Source: Candidatus Latescibacterota bacterium (GTDB taxonomy: Bacteria; Latescibacterota; UBA2968; GCA-2709665). From it: 64,000 bases of DNA. This document shows, in pieces, positions 31,022-39,212 of this stretch. The DNA is taken from positions 4,352,001-4,416,000 of the forward strand of contig OZ242358.1 in the NCBI GenBank assembly GCA_965208835.1. Direction: 5' to 3'. The notes beneath the pieces were generated by a model. It ran no database searches. It saw only the letters and a list, made by a program, of their open reading frames with translations, and was not told the DNA's origin. The position numbers were made by a program, and so were the translations under genes. Position 1 is the stretch's first letter. Every line of letters starts with the position of its first letter.

Positions 31022-31240
31022 GATGTCCTCCTGGAGAGTTATTCCTATTTATCGTTTTTCAACCCAATGGCCTGAATCTCGTGTTACGGAGACGGTGCCT
31101 GTTTATGGAGGCTATTGGGTTCGAGAATCGTGCTTTGCTCTACGGTTTCGTAAGAGCTTCGTGACCATATCTGCGAAGTCGCCGGCATCGGCAGTCGAGA
31201 TCGAGAAACAGAACAGGTTACGTCCTGGGCGGCGTGACCA

Positions 31241-31441
31241 TCAGTCCGTTTCGTCGAAGTATTCGAAAATGGCTTCTGCAATTGCGCTCGCCATTGCCGT
31301 CAAATTAGTGCCCATCCCGATGGGTATGAACCCTCCCGATGTCGTCGCCATCTCATAACTGGCTAATGCGATTTCCCGTCCTGGGAGTTGCGCACAAGCC
31401 ACAGAACCGCGCACTGGCATTGATTGAATTCGATCGGTCAT
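31241..31441 (-). CDS. Double-glycine leader precursor peptide P3 (37-aa leader, 29-aa core)
   Basis: CAQLPGREIALASYEMATTSGG/FIPIG..; RBS AGGAGGTG. Confidence 0.8.
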   Translation of the reverse strand: MTDRIQSMPVRGSVACAQLPGREIALASYEMATTSGGFIPIGMGTNLTAMASAIAEAIFEYFDETD

Positions 31442-31578
31442 TTTGTCACCTCCTATCTTCACCCTTTCAGAAATTCGTAAGTATGCCCTGTGGACTTCGC
31501 TTGCAGATCATCAAAGACCACGCATTTGCAGCGGTGATCGCAAAGGGAATTTGCTTTGCGTCAGTTCAGGTTCCAAGG

Positions 31579-31782
31579 TCATTCCTCGTCGTCGAAGTAC
31601 TCGACAATGGCCTCAGCAATTATTTTGCTAACGTACAGGATCATGAAGGAAGGACCTGTGGGTAACATGAGACCTCCCGATGCATTCATCATCTCACGAC
31701 GTGCCAGGCCGATTTCCCGTCCTGGAAGTCGGGTGCAGGTCACGGCGCCGTGTACTGGCATCGATAGAACTCGATCAGTCAT
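31579..31782 (-). CDS. Double-glycine leader precursor peptide P2 (37-aa leader, 30-aa core)
   Basis: CTRLPGREIGLARREMMNASGG/LMLPT..; RBS AAGGAG; clear paralog of P3. Confidence 0.8.
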   Translation of the reverse strand: MTDRVLSMPVHGAVTCTRLPGREIGLARREMMNASGGLMLPTGPSFMILYVSKIIAEAIVEYFDDEE

Positions 31783-31860
31783 TTCGTCAACTCCTTTCTA
31801 CTCGACAATTTCGATGTACAGGTGAGTTTCGCAATATCTGGTCGGAATCCTCCCAAACGG

Positions 31861-32064
31861 TTACAGCGCCGGACCTGAAGCGTCCGCTTCCGGCGTGTTC
31901 GTGCCCAGGTCTATGCCGAACAGGTCCCTCAGGATGTCCCGCCAGCGTATGGCGCCACCGGAGACCTGCGCAGTCTGTCCTGTACTCAAGTCCTCCGTCC
32001 GGATGGGCAACCGAGACGGAATTCCGGACGTGTCTGCAAGGCGTGATGCAATGCGTCTTTTCAT
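31861..32064 (-). CDS. Double-glycine leader precursor peptide P1 (37-aa leader, 30-aa core)
   Basis: SRLPIRTEDLSTGQTAQVSGG/AIRWR..; RBS AAGGAGGTG. Confidence 0.8.
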   Translation of the reverse strand: MKRRIASRLADTSGIPSRLPIRTEDLSTGQTAQVSGGAIRWRDILRDLFGIDLGTNTPEADASGPAL

Positions 32065-32291
32065 GTCTATCACCTCCTTTCGTAAACATCCCGGCGACAA
32101 ACGAACGATGCCGTTTCCTGACAAGCCGTATGCCGCAGTGCGTCGCCGAAATATCTTGATTTACAAAGGGTTACGAGTGCCGTTTCGGGTTCCCGGCACA
32201 CCCCCTTTGGCGTTACTTCGGTTGCGAATCAACGGAAACATCCAGCTACGCGTCTTGCTTTCGTTCCGTGCCTCCGTCGACTGATTGGACT

Positions 32292-32307
32292 CGCAATGAT
32301 TGTGCCA
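32292..32307 (-). promoter_or_regulatory. Sigma-54 promoter of the peptide operon
   Basis: TGGCAC-AATCA-TTGCG, matching TGGCAC-N5-TTGC, about 230 nt upstream of P1. Confidence 0.75.
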
Positions 32308-32406
32308 CTCGCGATGTCCCGGGACCTAACTGTCTGGTATGCAAGAGAGAAAAAACCGCCGGCCTTTCAGCAGGCCGGCGGTCGACGCCCAGATCGTGAA
32401 CAATGT

Positions 32407-32452
32407 GTTCCATTTTGCGGCACCCGGATGAAACCTTGTTGCATTTCGCGCC
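32407..32452. promoter_or_regulatory. Paired 15-bp dyads, candidate enhancer-binding-protein sites
   Basis: GTTCCATTTTGCGGC (32407-32421) and GTTGCATTTCGCGCC (32438-32452); resemble the dyads at 12281-12314. Confidence 0.5.
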
Positions 32453-32478
32453 GCTCAAAACCTGACTGGAGAAGAGTC

Positions 32479-32699
32479 GTCACCACACAAAAAAACACCG
32501 GTGACAAAGCCACCGGTGTTAGACGCACTATGGACCCGCGGAGGGGTGATTTCAGCCTGCGTTGGGCGGGCAGTCGTCAGATTCCCTGGAAGTCAATGTA
32601 ATACGCCGCCAGGACAACCTGCCACTTGAGCCTTACCGTTACTGTTGCCGAGGTGGGGAGATGTCGTTAAACTTGGTGAGAGGTCCGCTGCTCACGCCT
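32479..32699. ncRNA. Structured non-coding element, IS200/IS605-end or HEARO/omegaRNA-like; no transposase or nuclease
   Basis: Hairpin AACACCGGTG-ACAAAGC-CACCGGTGTT with a T7 tail on the minus strand, then about 180 nt of nested pairings (GGACC/GGTCC, GGCAG/CTGCC, CCTGG/CCAGG). Confidence 0.5.
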
Positions 32700-32778
32700 A
32701 ATGAGTCTCTTCGGACGCAGGGGTTCTCTGGCCCATCCCCAAACGCATCCGTTCAATACCCGCATCCCATCGAATTCC

Positions 32779-33222
32779 ATGCGTATATTCGGAAAATTGC
32801 TGTCTCCGACATTCGGCAAATTCGCGCTCACGGGCCTGGGCGGCGTGGTTGTGAATCTCGGATCGTTTCAGCTGATGCTGACGCTCGGCGTACATGCGCT
32901 GCTGGCGTCGCCCGTTGCGATCGAGTTGTCGATCATCTCCAATTTTCTGCTCAACAACTATTGGACCTTCCGCAAACGCTCTATGTCCGGAAAGAGGCGG
33001 ATTCGGGGGTTGAAGTATCATCTTGTATCGCTCGCGACGCTGATGCTGAGCTACGGCACGTTTGTTCTGCTATCCGTGCTTTTTGCGGATGTGCCGCTGG
33101 TGATCCTGCAGGGGTGCGCGATCGCCCCTGCCGGCGTGCTGAATTATTCCGTCAACTCGCTCTGGACATTTCGCGAGGCGACTCCCAGTGCCGCGGATGA
33201 CGTTCAGGACGGCACCGGATGA
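32779..33222 (+). CDS. GtrA-family membrane protein
   Basis: KFALTG..GVVVNLG, SNFLLNNYWTF, LNYSVNSLWTF; start uncertain. Confidence 0.85.
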   Translation: MRIFGKLLSPTFGKFALTGLGGVVVNLGSFQLMLTLGVHALLASPVAIELSIISNFLLNNYWTFRKRSMSGKRRIRGLKYHLVSLATLMLSYGTFVLLSVLFADVPLVILQGCAIAPAGVLNYSVNSLWTFREATPSAADDVQDGTG

Positions 33223-35267
33223 TGCGCGCGCACGCCAAGGGTGAACCGATTGAGCCGATTCGCGACGGCGCGGCTCTGGTTGCTTCTATCCTGGCGCCAT
33301 TCGTCCTCTACGTGCTGACGATGCCGCGCACCGTCGTGTTGGAGGACGACGGGTTGTTTCTGATGGCCGGCGCGCACCTTGGTGTCGCCCATCCGCCGGG
33401 ATACCCTCTCTATACGCTGATCGTCTACCTCTTCACGCTGTTGCCTTTTGGCAGCGTCGCCTTCCTCGGCCACCTGTCCAGTGCGACACTGGGCGCACTC
33501 GCGTGCGGTTGCGTCCACATTTGCGGCCGTCTGATCGGCGCTTCGCCCATTCCCGCCCTGACAGCCTCCCTCCTGTTCGCCGCCTCGGAACATCTCTGGT
33601 CTCAAGCAATTGTTACCGAGGTCTACACGCTCAATGCGCTGTTTTTCTTCGGCATTTACGCGCTACTCCTGTATGGCGTCCGACACCCTCACCGCACCGG
33701 CATCTGGATCGCCGCCGCTGCGGCCTACGGACTGAGCCTGGCCAATCACGTGCCGCTCACGGTGCTGTCAGCCCCTGGACTCGCGGCACTGACCTATACC
33801 GTTCGGCGGAATCTATACAGAAAGCTTCCGCTGCTCCTCGCCGTTCTCGCGTGCGGCGCAGTATTGCCCTATGTCTGGATGGTCTGGCGTACTCACCAGG
33901 ACGTCCTGATCAATTTCTACGGCTCGATCGGTTCCCTGAAGGAATTCTGGTTCTACTTCAGCCGACTGGGGTATATCGAAGTCGATTTCAGCCCCAGCGC
34001 GGGATGGCACGACCGGTTCAAGTTCATGCAGTGGCTTGGCAAGGAGTTGCTTTGGCAATTGACGCTGCCCGGATTCGCGATATCGGTCCTCGGTTTGGTC
34101 GCTCTGTTTCGGCGGAAGCAGGTCGCAGTTGCAAAGTCGGGGTTGCTGGTATTCCTGGCGAGTAGCATTGTGTTGATCGTCCTGTTGCGCTTCGACTTCG
34201 ACGAGTTTCAGGTCGGAGTGTTTCGTCCCTATTCGCTCTTGTGTTACGGGATCCAGGCAATATGGCTGGGCATTGGGTTGCAGGCTTTCTGTACCAGGCT
34301 GGCAGGAACTTTCCTTTCAACAACAACCCATGAACCGAGAATCAGGACCGGTATCGCAACGCTGACCGGCGTCGCGCTGGTCTGGTGGTCTGTCCATTCC
34401 GACTTGCACGTCAACGACAGGTCCGACAGCGACTTCGCGGAACGCTACGCTGAAATGGTGTTCGATTTCCTGCCGGAAAACGCGGTCCTGTTCGTATTCG
34501 GTGATCCTTCGGGCCCAACCGGCTACTTTCATTATGTCGAAAACCGCCGTCCGGATGTCTCGGTGTACAATTCGCAGGGACTCGTATACGGCACACGCCT
34601 CTTCAGCCCGTTCACTTCCGCCCGGAAGCGGAAGTTGATCCTGGAAGAATTCGTCGACTCAACCGGGCGGGCCGTCTTTTCTCCACTTGATGTCGACATC
34701 TATCCCGACCGCCAGAAGTGGATTTATGGATTCATCATGCAGACCGCCAAAGGCGGCAAGCCCGGGACCTTAAAGCTGAAACCACATCCTCGAGGCGAAG
34801 CGTTCTTCGTACAACTCATCCAAGGCAAGCCCATCGACCGCTGGGAACGCGTCCGGCGAAACGAACTGCTGTTCCAATACGGTCAATACCTGGGACTGAT
34901 CGATTTCTCCCGCCACCCGTTACGCCATCACGTGAAGGAACTGCTCCGACTTGCACACGGAAGTTACGCAAGCCTGCTCGGCATGGCCACCGTCGTACTG
35001 GACAACGGGAACGCCTCCAACTGGGAACAGGTCTCGGGGTGGCTGGCCACGGCGGAGACGCTGAAGCACGAGGCGCTGAAGAAGAAAACCCTCTCTGAAC
35101 TATATTACCACAAGGGCAGGCTGCTTCATAAGCAGGGCCGGACGAACGCCGCCGTCGAATCCTTCAGAAAGTCATGGGACATATATCCTCATCCCGGGAA
35201 CAAGGCCCTGGAAGCTATCAATCAATACAGAATCGACTTGAATCGGGTCAAACAACCGCGACCCTAG
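33219..35267 (+). CDS. DUF2723/TMEM260-like GT-C glycosyltransferase with C-terminal TPR
   Basis: EDDG.F, GVAHPPGYPLY, WSQA..TEVY.LN, RPDV; many TM helices. Confidence 0.85.
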   Translation: MMRAHAKGEPIEPIRDGAALVASILAPFVLYVLTMPRTVVLEDDGLFLMAGAHLGVAHPPGYPLYTLIVYLFTLLPFGSVAFLGHLSSATLGALACGCVHICGRLIGASPIPALTASLLFAASEHLWSQAIVTEVYTLNALFFFGIYALLLYGVRHPHRTGIWIAAAAAYGLSLANHVPLTVLSAPGLAALTYTVRRNLYRKLPLLLAVLACGAVLPYVWMVWRTHQDVLINFYGSIGSLKEFWFYFSRLGYIEVDFSPSAGWHDRFKFMQWLGKELLWQLTLPGFAISVLGLVALFRRKQVAVAKSGLLVFLASSIVLIVLLRFDFDEFQVGVFRPYSLLCYGIQAIWLGIGLQAFCTRLAGTFLSTTTHEPRIRTGIATLTGVALVWWSVHSDLHVNDRSDSDFAERYAEMVFDFLPENAVLFVFGDPSGPTGYFHYVENRRPDVSVYNSQGLVYGTRLFSPFTSARKRKLILEEFVDSTGRAVFSPLDVDIYPDRQKWIYGFIMQTAKGGKPGTLKLKPHPRGEAFFVQLIQGKPIDRWERVRRNELLFQYGQYLGLIDFSRHPLRHHVKELLRLAHGSYASLLGMATVVLDNGNASNWEQVSGWLATAETLKHEALKKKTLSELYYHKGRLLHKQGRTNAAVESFRKSWDIYPHPGNKALEAINQYRIDLNRVKQPRP

Positions 35268-35651
35268 GGTCGCGAATCCCCGCATCCAATGCCCCCGATT
35301 ATCGCCACACCTGTTGCCCCGACTCGACGATTGTCCAAGCTTCGCTACGAACTGCACGCGCGGGAATCTGCCGATCTGAGGACGATTCCACGCGGCAAGC
35401 GACGGGCATCTGCCAAATCCGGAAAGAAGACTTTCTGGCTGCGGACCGCAAAACCGCGCGCGCTCGTGGATTGCACTTCCCGAGGCGACCGTTGTCACTA
35501 CAACGGAGGCAGAGACGGTAGGGAGCGGCATTGGATCGGAAAGGGCGTATTGCCGGGCGATACGCCGGGGGCTCGAGAGGTGAGAAATGCGATTGGCAGG
35601 ACACCCGGTTCGAACGACAACTCGATCGTATAACTGGACGAACGAGATATG

Positions 35652-36068
35652 TCACCCGTCGTGAATTCCTTCCAACTCGGGCAGGAGCCGGACGCTTTCC
35701 TGCTCATTGGGGTCGGTGCGGGCGATGACGGCGATGCAGGGTTCGGTGTCGCTGGCGTTGTACGGAAGGTGGGGCACGCCGGGCGGAATGTAGACGAAAT
35801 CGCCGCTGTCGACGCGCACGTGCTCCTCCAGATTCTCACCGTACCACAATCCGGACTTGCCGCTGATGACGTAGACGGCGCTCTCGTGGCCATCGTGCAT
35901 GTGGGGTTTGGAACGACCTCCGGGAGGGATCGACAGCAGGTGCATGCTGAGTCCACGGGAGCCGGTGTTTTCGGCCGTGACACCCTTACGGTAGGTAAAG
36001 GCCTGCTTCCCGGTGAAGACGTCCTGCGAGCGAATCAGCTTGCAAGTCTGAGCAGTCCGCGACGGCAT
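35652..36068 (-). CDS. Cupin domain protein
   Basis: IPPGGRSKPHMHDGHE..YVISG, GDFVYIPPGVPH.P.N. Confidence 0.88.
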   Translation of the reverse strand: MPSRTAQTCKLIRSQDVFTGKQAFTYRKGVTAENTGSRGLSMHLLSIPPGGRSKPHMHDGHESAVYVISGKSGLWYGENLEEHVRVDSGDFVYIPPGVPHLPYNASDTEPCIAVIARTDPNEQESVRLLPELEGIHDG

Positions 36069-36125
36069 AATTCATCTCTCGGATTTTACGACATTGTTGA
36101 TTGATTGCCTGCGTGGTTTGCGTTT

Positions 36126-36902
36126 TCACCCGTGTTGCGTCTTCACGGCTCGACAACAGAAAACCGGCCAATAGAACTCGAAATCGTCGTCACCCGAACG
36201 ACGAATCCCGAACTCGCTTCTGACCTCCCGCGGCGCGTCGGCGAAGTCCCGGTACAATCCCTCCACTGCCTCCGCCGGCGTCCCTGACCTCTCAACCCAA
36301 TCCGACAACGTCATTTCAACCCGCGTGTCCGCCGTATGGGTTATTTCGAATCCGGTACCGCCCAGGTCCCTGCGCCACTCCTTCGGCGTAGGCGCCGACA
36401 GATGCGTCGGGTCCCGTTCCACTTCCACGCGATGATGCCACGCCGCGACCTCCGGATCTTCCGACGTCGTCGTGTCGCACAGAAGAAAGACGCCCCCCGG
36501 TCTCAACACGCGGTGGACTTCCGAAAGAAACCTGCCGATATCCTGAAAATGGTGAGGCGCCGTCCTGCAGGTGACCAGGTCGATCGATGCGTCAGGATAT
36601 GAAACATCGCATGCATCGACAATCTCGAAGCGTACGTTCGCAATGCCTCGCTCATCGGCGATTCTGCGGGCCTGATCCAGCATCCCCTGCGCGATGTCCG
36701 AAGCCACGATTGTGTCGCAGCAACCGGCAACCGCGAATGCCGTGAAGCCCGGACCCGTGGCAATATCCAGACCCAGGGTGTAGCGTTCGAGAGACGCCCA
36801 TGCGGCGAGGATGCGCAGACTTTCGCCTGATGAATGTGCCTCGCTCACGGCATATTGGGCCGCTTGGCGATTGAACTGCTCCCCGGCTGAATTCAATTTC
36901 AT
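36126..36902 (-). CDS. Class I SAM-dependent methyltransferase
   Basis: LDIATGPG, DLVTCR.APHHF, RVLRPGG. Confidence 0.88.
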   Translation of the reverse strand: MKLNSAGEQFNRQAAQYAVSEAHSSGESLRILAAWASLERYTLGLDIATGPGFTAFAVAGCCDTIVASDIAQGMLDQARRIADERGIANVRFEIVDACDVSYPDASIDLVTCRTAPHHFQDIGRFLSEVHRVLRPGGVFLLCDTTTSEDPEVAAWHHRVEVERDPTHLSAPTPKEWRRDLGGTGFEITHTADTRVEMTLSDWVERSGTPAEAVEGLYRDFADAPREVRSEFGIRRSGDDDFEFYWPVFCCRAVKTQHG

Positions 36903-37001
36903 TCCCGCAGTTCTACCTTCTTACTCAAGTCAAACGTCGATAATCCGTCACCGTCGCCACTGCGCTGCCGGCTTCCCGCCAGGGCAAAGCGAAACGACGC
37001 G

Positions 37002-37739
37002 CTACCGAACGGGATCGGAGTACCACCCGGCCCAGGCCCGTTTCCATCGCCGGAACAACGCGATAACTAACGGGTTCGTCCAGACAATGATCTTCCAGAC
37101 CGGCCACCTGTCGAAGCGCCGGCTGGAAGGCCGTACACGTGGTTCACGAATAAATCTGACTGTCCGGCCCGTTGATTTTGCCAGCCCTTTCAGCTTCCAG
37201 TAGAAGTCGACGTCCTCACCCATCCACACGCTCTCATCATAGCCGCCCGTCTGCTCGAAGATGCACCTGCGACAGAATTGCGCAGCCCCTTGAACCATCC
37301 CGGTGGTGCGACCAAAGATCCGCCAGGCGCCAAGATAGAGCCGAACCGCGAGGCGTCGAGGTCGAAAGTCTACGTCCACGCCGCCTCCGATGCACTCTGG
37401 ATCGCCCATCGCCAGCCGTATCGTTTGCAGAAGATCGTGAGGAACGCTGACGTCCGCGTCGATAAAGACCAGCACATCCCCGGCGGCGTGACGCGCACCC
37501 CTGTTGCGCGCGCGGGAGATGCCTTGCACCGGCTCGAAAACAACCGTCGCCCCGCTGGCACGTGCGATAGCGTCGGTTCCATCCACGCTGCTGTTGTCAA
37601 CGACGATCGTCTCGACGTCCGCGTTCGACCCCGCGGTCAGCAGCTCCGCCGAGGCACGGATCGAGTCCAGGGTGGCGGCGAGATACGCCTCCTCATTGAA
37701 AGCAGGGATAATAACGGTGAGCCGGGGACAGGAATCCAT
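37002..37739 (-). CDS. Glycosyltransferase family 2
   Basis: VIIPAFNEE, VVDNSS.DGT, ARNRGA, FIDAD, GED. Confidence 0.88.
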   Translation of the reverse strand: MDSCPRLTVIIPAFNEEAYLAATLDSIRASAELLTAGSNADVETIVVDNSSVDGTDAIARASGATVVFEPVQGISRARNRGARHAAGDVLVFIDADVSVPHDLLQTIRLAMGDPECIGGGVDVDFRPRRLAVRLYLGAWRIFGRTTGMVQGAAQFCRRCIFEQTGGYDESVWMGEDVDFYWKLKGLAKSTGRTVRFIREPRVRPSSRRFDRWPVWKIIVWTNPLVIALFRRWKRAWAGWYSDPVR

Positions 37740-37784
37740 CGCTACGTTTTCAACCAAATCCCGCGCAGGCAAGCCTGTATCCTC

Positions 37785-38921
37785 TCACGACGTGCCCAGG
37801 ACCTCACGCAGGCGCTCGCCGACGACCTTCAGGTCCTCGTCCGTCAGGGTCGGCACCGACACGTGGAGCGCATCCGCGGAATCCCCCAGCACGATGCTCG
37901 GCCGGCCCTCCTTCAGCTCAGCCAGGACCTGTGACAATGATTTTTGAAGGGCCCTCTCGTCGATCCGGATCAGCAGCCCGCTGCCGAGTCCGCGTTTTTC
38001 CGTCACGTGTTCCACCCCGATGTGAGGAACGCCATTCAATGAGCGGAACAGTTCGTCGGCCTTGCGCCGGTGATCGGCGAAGCGCGCATCGTGGTCCATT
38101 CCAAACCATTCCTTCAACGCGGCAGTCACGGCGACAACTTCCTGGCGGTCCACCTTCAGCGGGCGGCCCACGGTTCGCCGCTCCTCGGTCTCGAATCCTA
38201 TGAAACCCTGCACGAAAGCCGCGTCCACCAGGTCTTTCCTTCCACACATGATCCCGGTGGAGTTGCACGCGCCGAAGTATTTCGCGCCGTATCCCACCAC
38301 GTCCGCGCCCATCCGGGGGTACCGGCACATGACGTCCAGCGGGAATACCTGCGAGGCCGCATCCACAATTACCGCAACGCCGCGGTCCCTCGCGATGGCT
38401 ATGGCGTCTTCCAGCGGGACCACGCCCGGCCCCCCGCCAGGGGCGACGTAGAGCAGGCCTGCCGTGCGATCGGTCATCGCGGCCCGCAACTGGCTCTCCG
38501 TCGTACCGTCCCCGTCACCAACCTCCACCAGCTTTCCGCCGTAAATCGTCACGCAGCGTTCGTATTTGTACCGCTGCCCGGACTGAATCAGAAACTCGTC
38601 GCGCATCCCCGTCGTGTCGGGCAGCCTCTCCATCCTGCCGCGGTCGTTTCCCGTCATGCATGCGGCCGATCCCAGCGCCAGCACGGACGCGCATCCGGGC
38701 GTCACCAGCGCCGCTTCCGCACCCAGCATCCCCGCAATCACTTCGCCCGACCCCTTCAGCAACTCCTTCATATCCACAAAGTACCGGTTCGCATCCTGCA
38801 TCGCCCGGAGCACACCGGGAGAGAGACGCGAACCGCCCAGCACAGTCTGGCTACCCATACCGTTGATCACGGGGTTCACGCCCAGGTCTTCGTAGATCCG
38901 GAGTCCACTCTCGCTGTCCAT
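37785..38921 (-). CDS. SelA/DgaE-like PLP-dependent enzyme (short form, probably not true SelA)
   Basis: LGVNPVINGMG..TVLGGS, IVDAAS, YGAKYFG, GRPLKV; RBS GAGGTG. Confidence 0.8.
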   Translation of the reverse strand: MDSESGLRIYEDLGVNPVINGMGSQTVLGGSRLSPGVLRAMQDANRYFVDMKELLKGSGEVIAGMLGAEAALVTPGCASVLALGSAACMTGNDRGRMERLPDTTGMRDEFLIQSGQRYKYERCVTIYGGKLVEVGDGDGTTESQLRAAMTDRTAGLLYVAPGGGPGVVPLEDAIAIARDRGVAVIVDAASQVFPLDVMCRYPRMGADVVGYGAKYFGACNSTGIMCGRKDLVDAAFVQGFIGFETEERRTVGRPLKVDRQEVVAVTAALKEWFGMDHDARFADHRRKADELFRSLNGVPHIGVEHVTEKRGLGSGLLIRIDERALQKSLSQVLAELKEGRPSIVLGDSADALHVSVPTLTDEDLKVVGERLREVLGTS

Positions 38922-39052
38922 ACGCACCTCATAAAAGGGAAATGATCCGGGCGGCATCTGACATTCCTGCGGCTCACAACGCCGCTGACGACGCCGACAA
39001 GATAGCCCTCATGAATATGCCGATCAACGCCTTTTTGTACTTATGCGAAAAG

Positions 39053-39078
39053 AACAGGGCGACCACAAGGGTCGCCCA
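39053..39078 (-). repeat. REP-like palindrome, copy 1, probable terminator
   Basis: AACAGGGCGACCACAAGGGTCGCCCA, identical to 41395-41420; T-rich tail on the minus strand. Confidence 0.7.
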
Positions 39079-39212
39079 TGCAAAAGACACAAATCGTCGG
39101 GACGGGTCTGCAATGCCGGACTGCCGATTCAGTAGATTCAACAGTCAGTTTCAGTAAAACCCGTCTTGCCTGTAATTTCCCGCGGTCACGAATCGACCGG
39201 TTGACGTCGAGG

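Noticed and set aside
37785-38921. True selA, given selD nearby
   Set aside because: It is short, lacks the SelA N-terminal domain, and fits the broader SelA/DgaE-like family.
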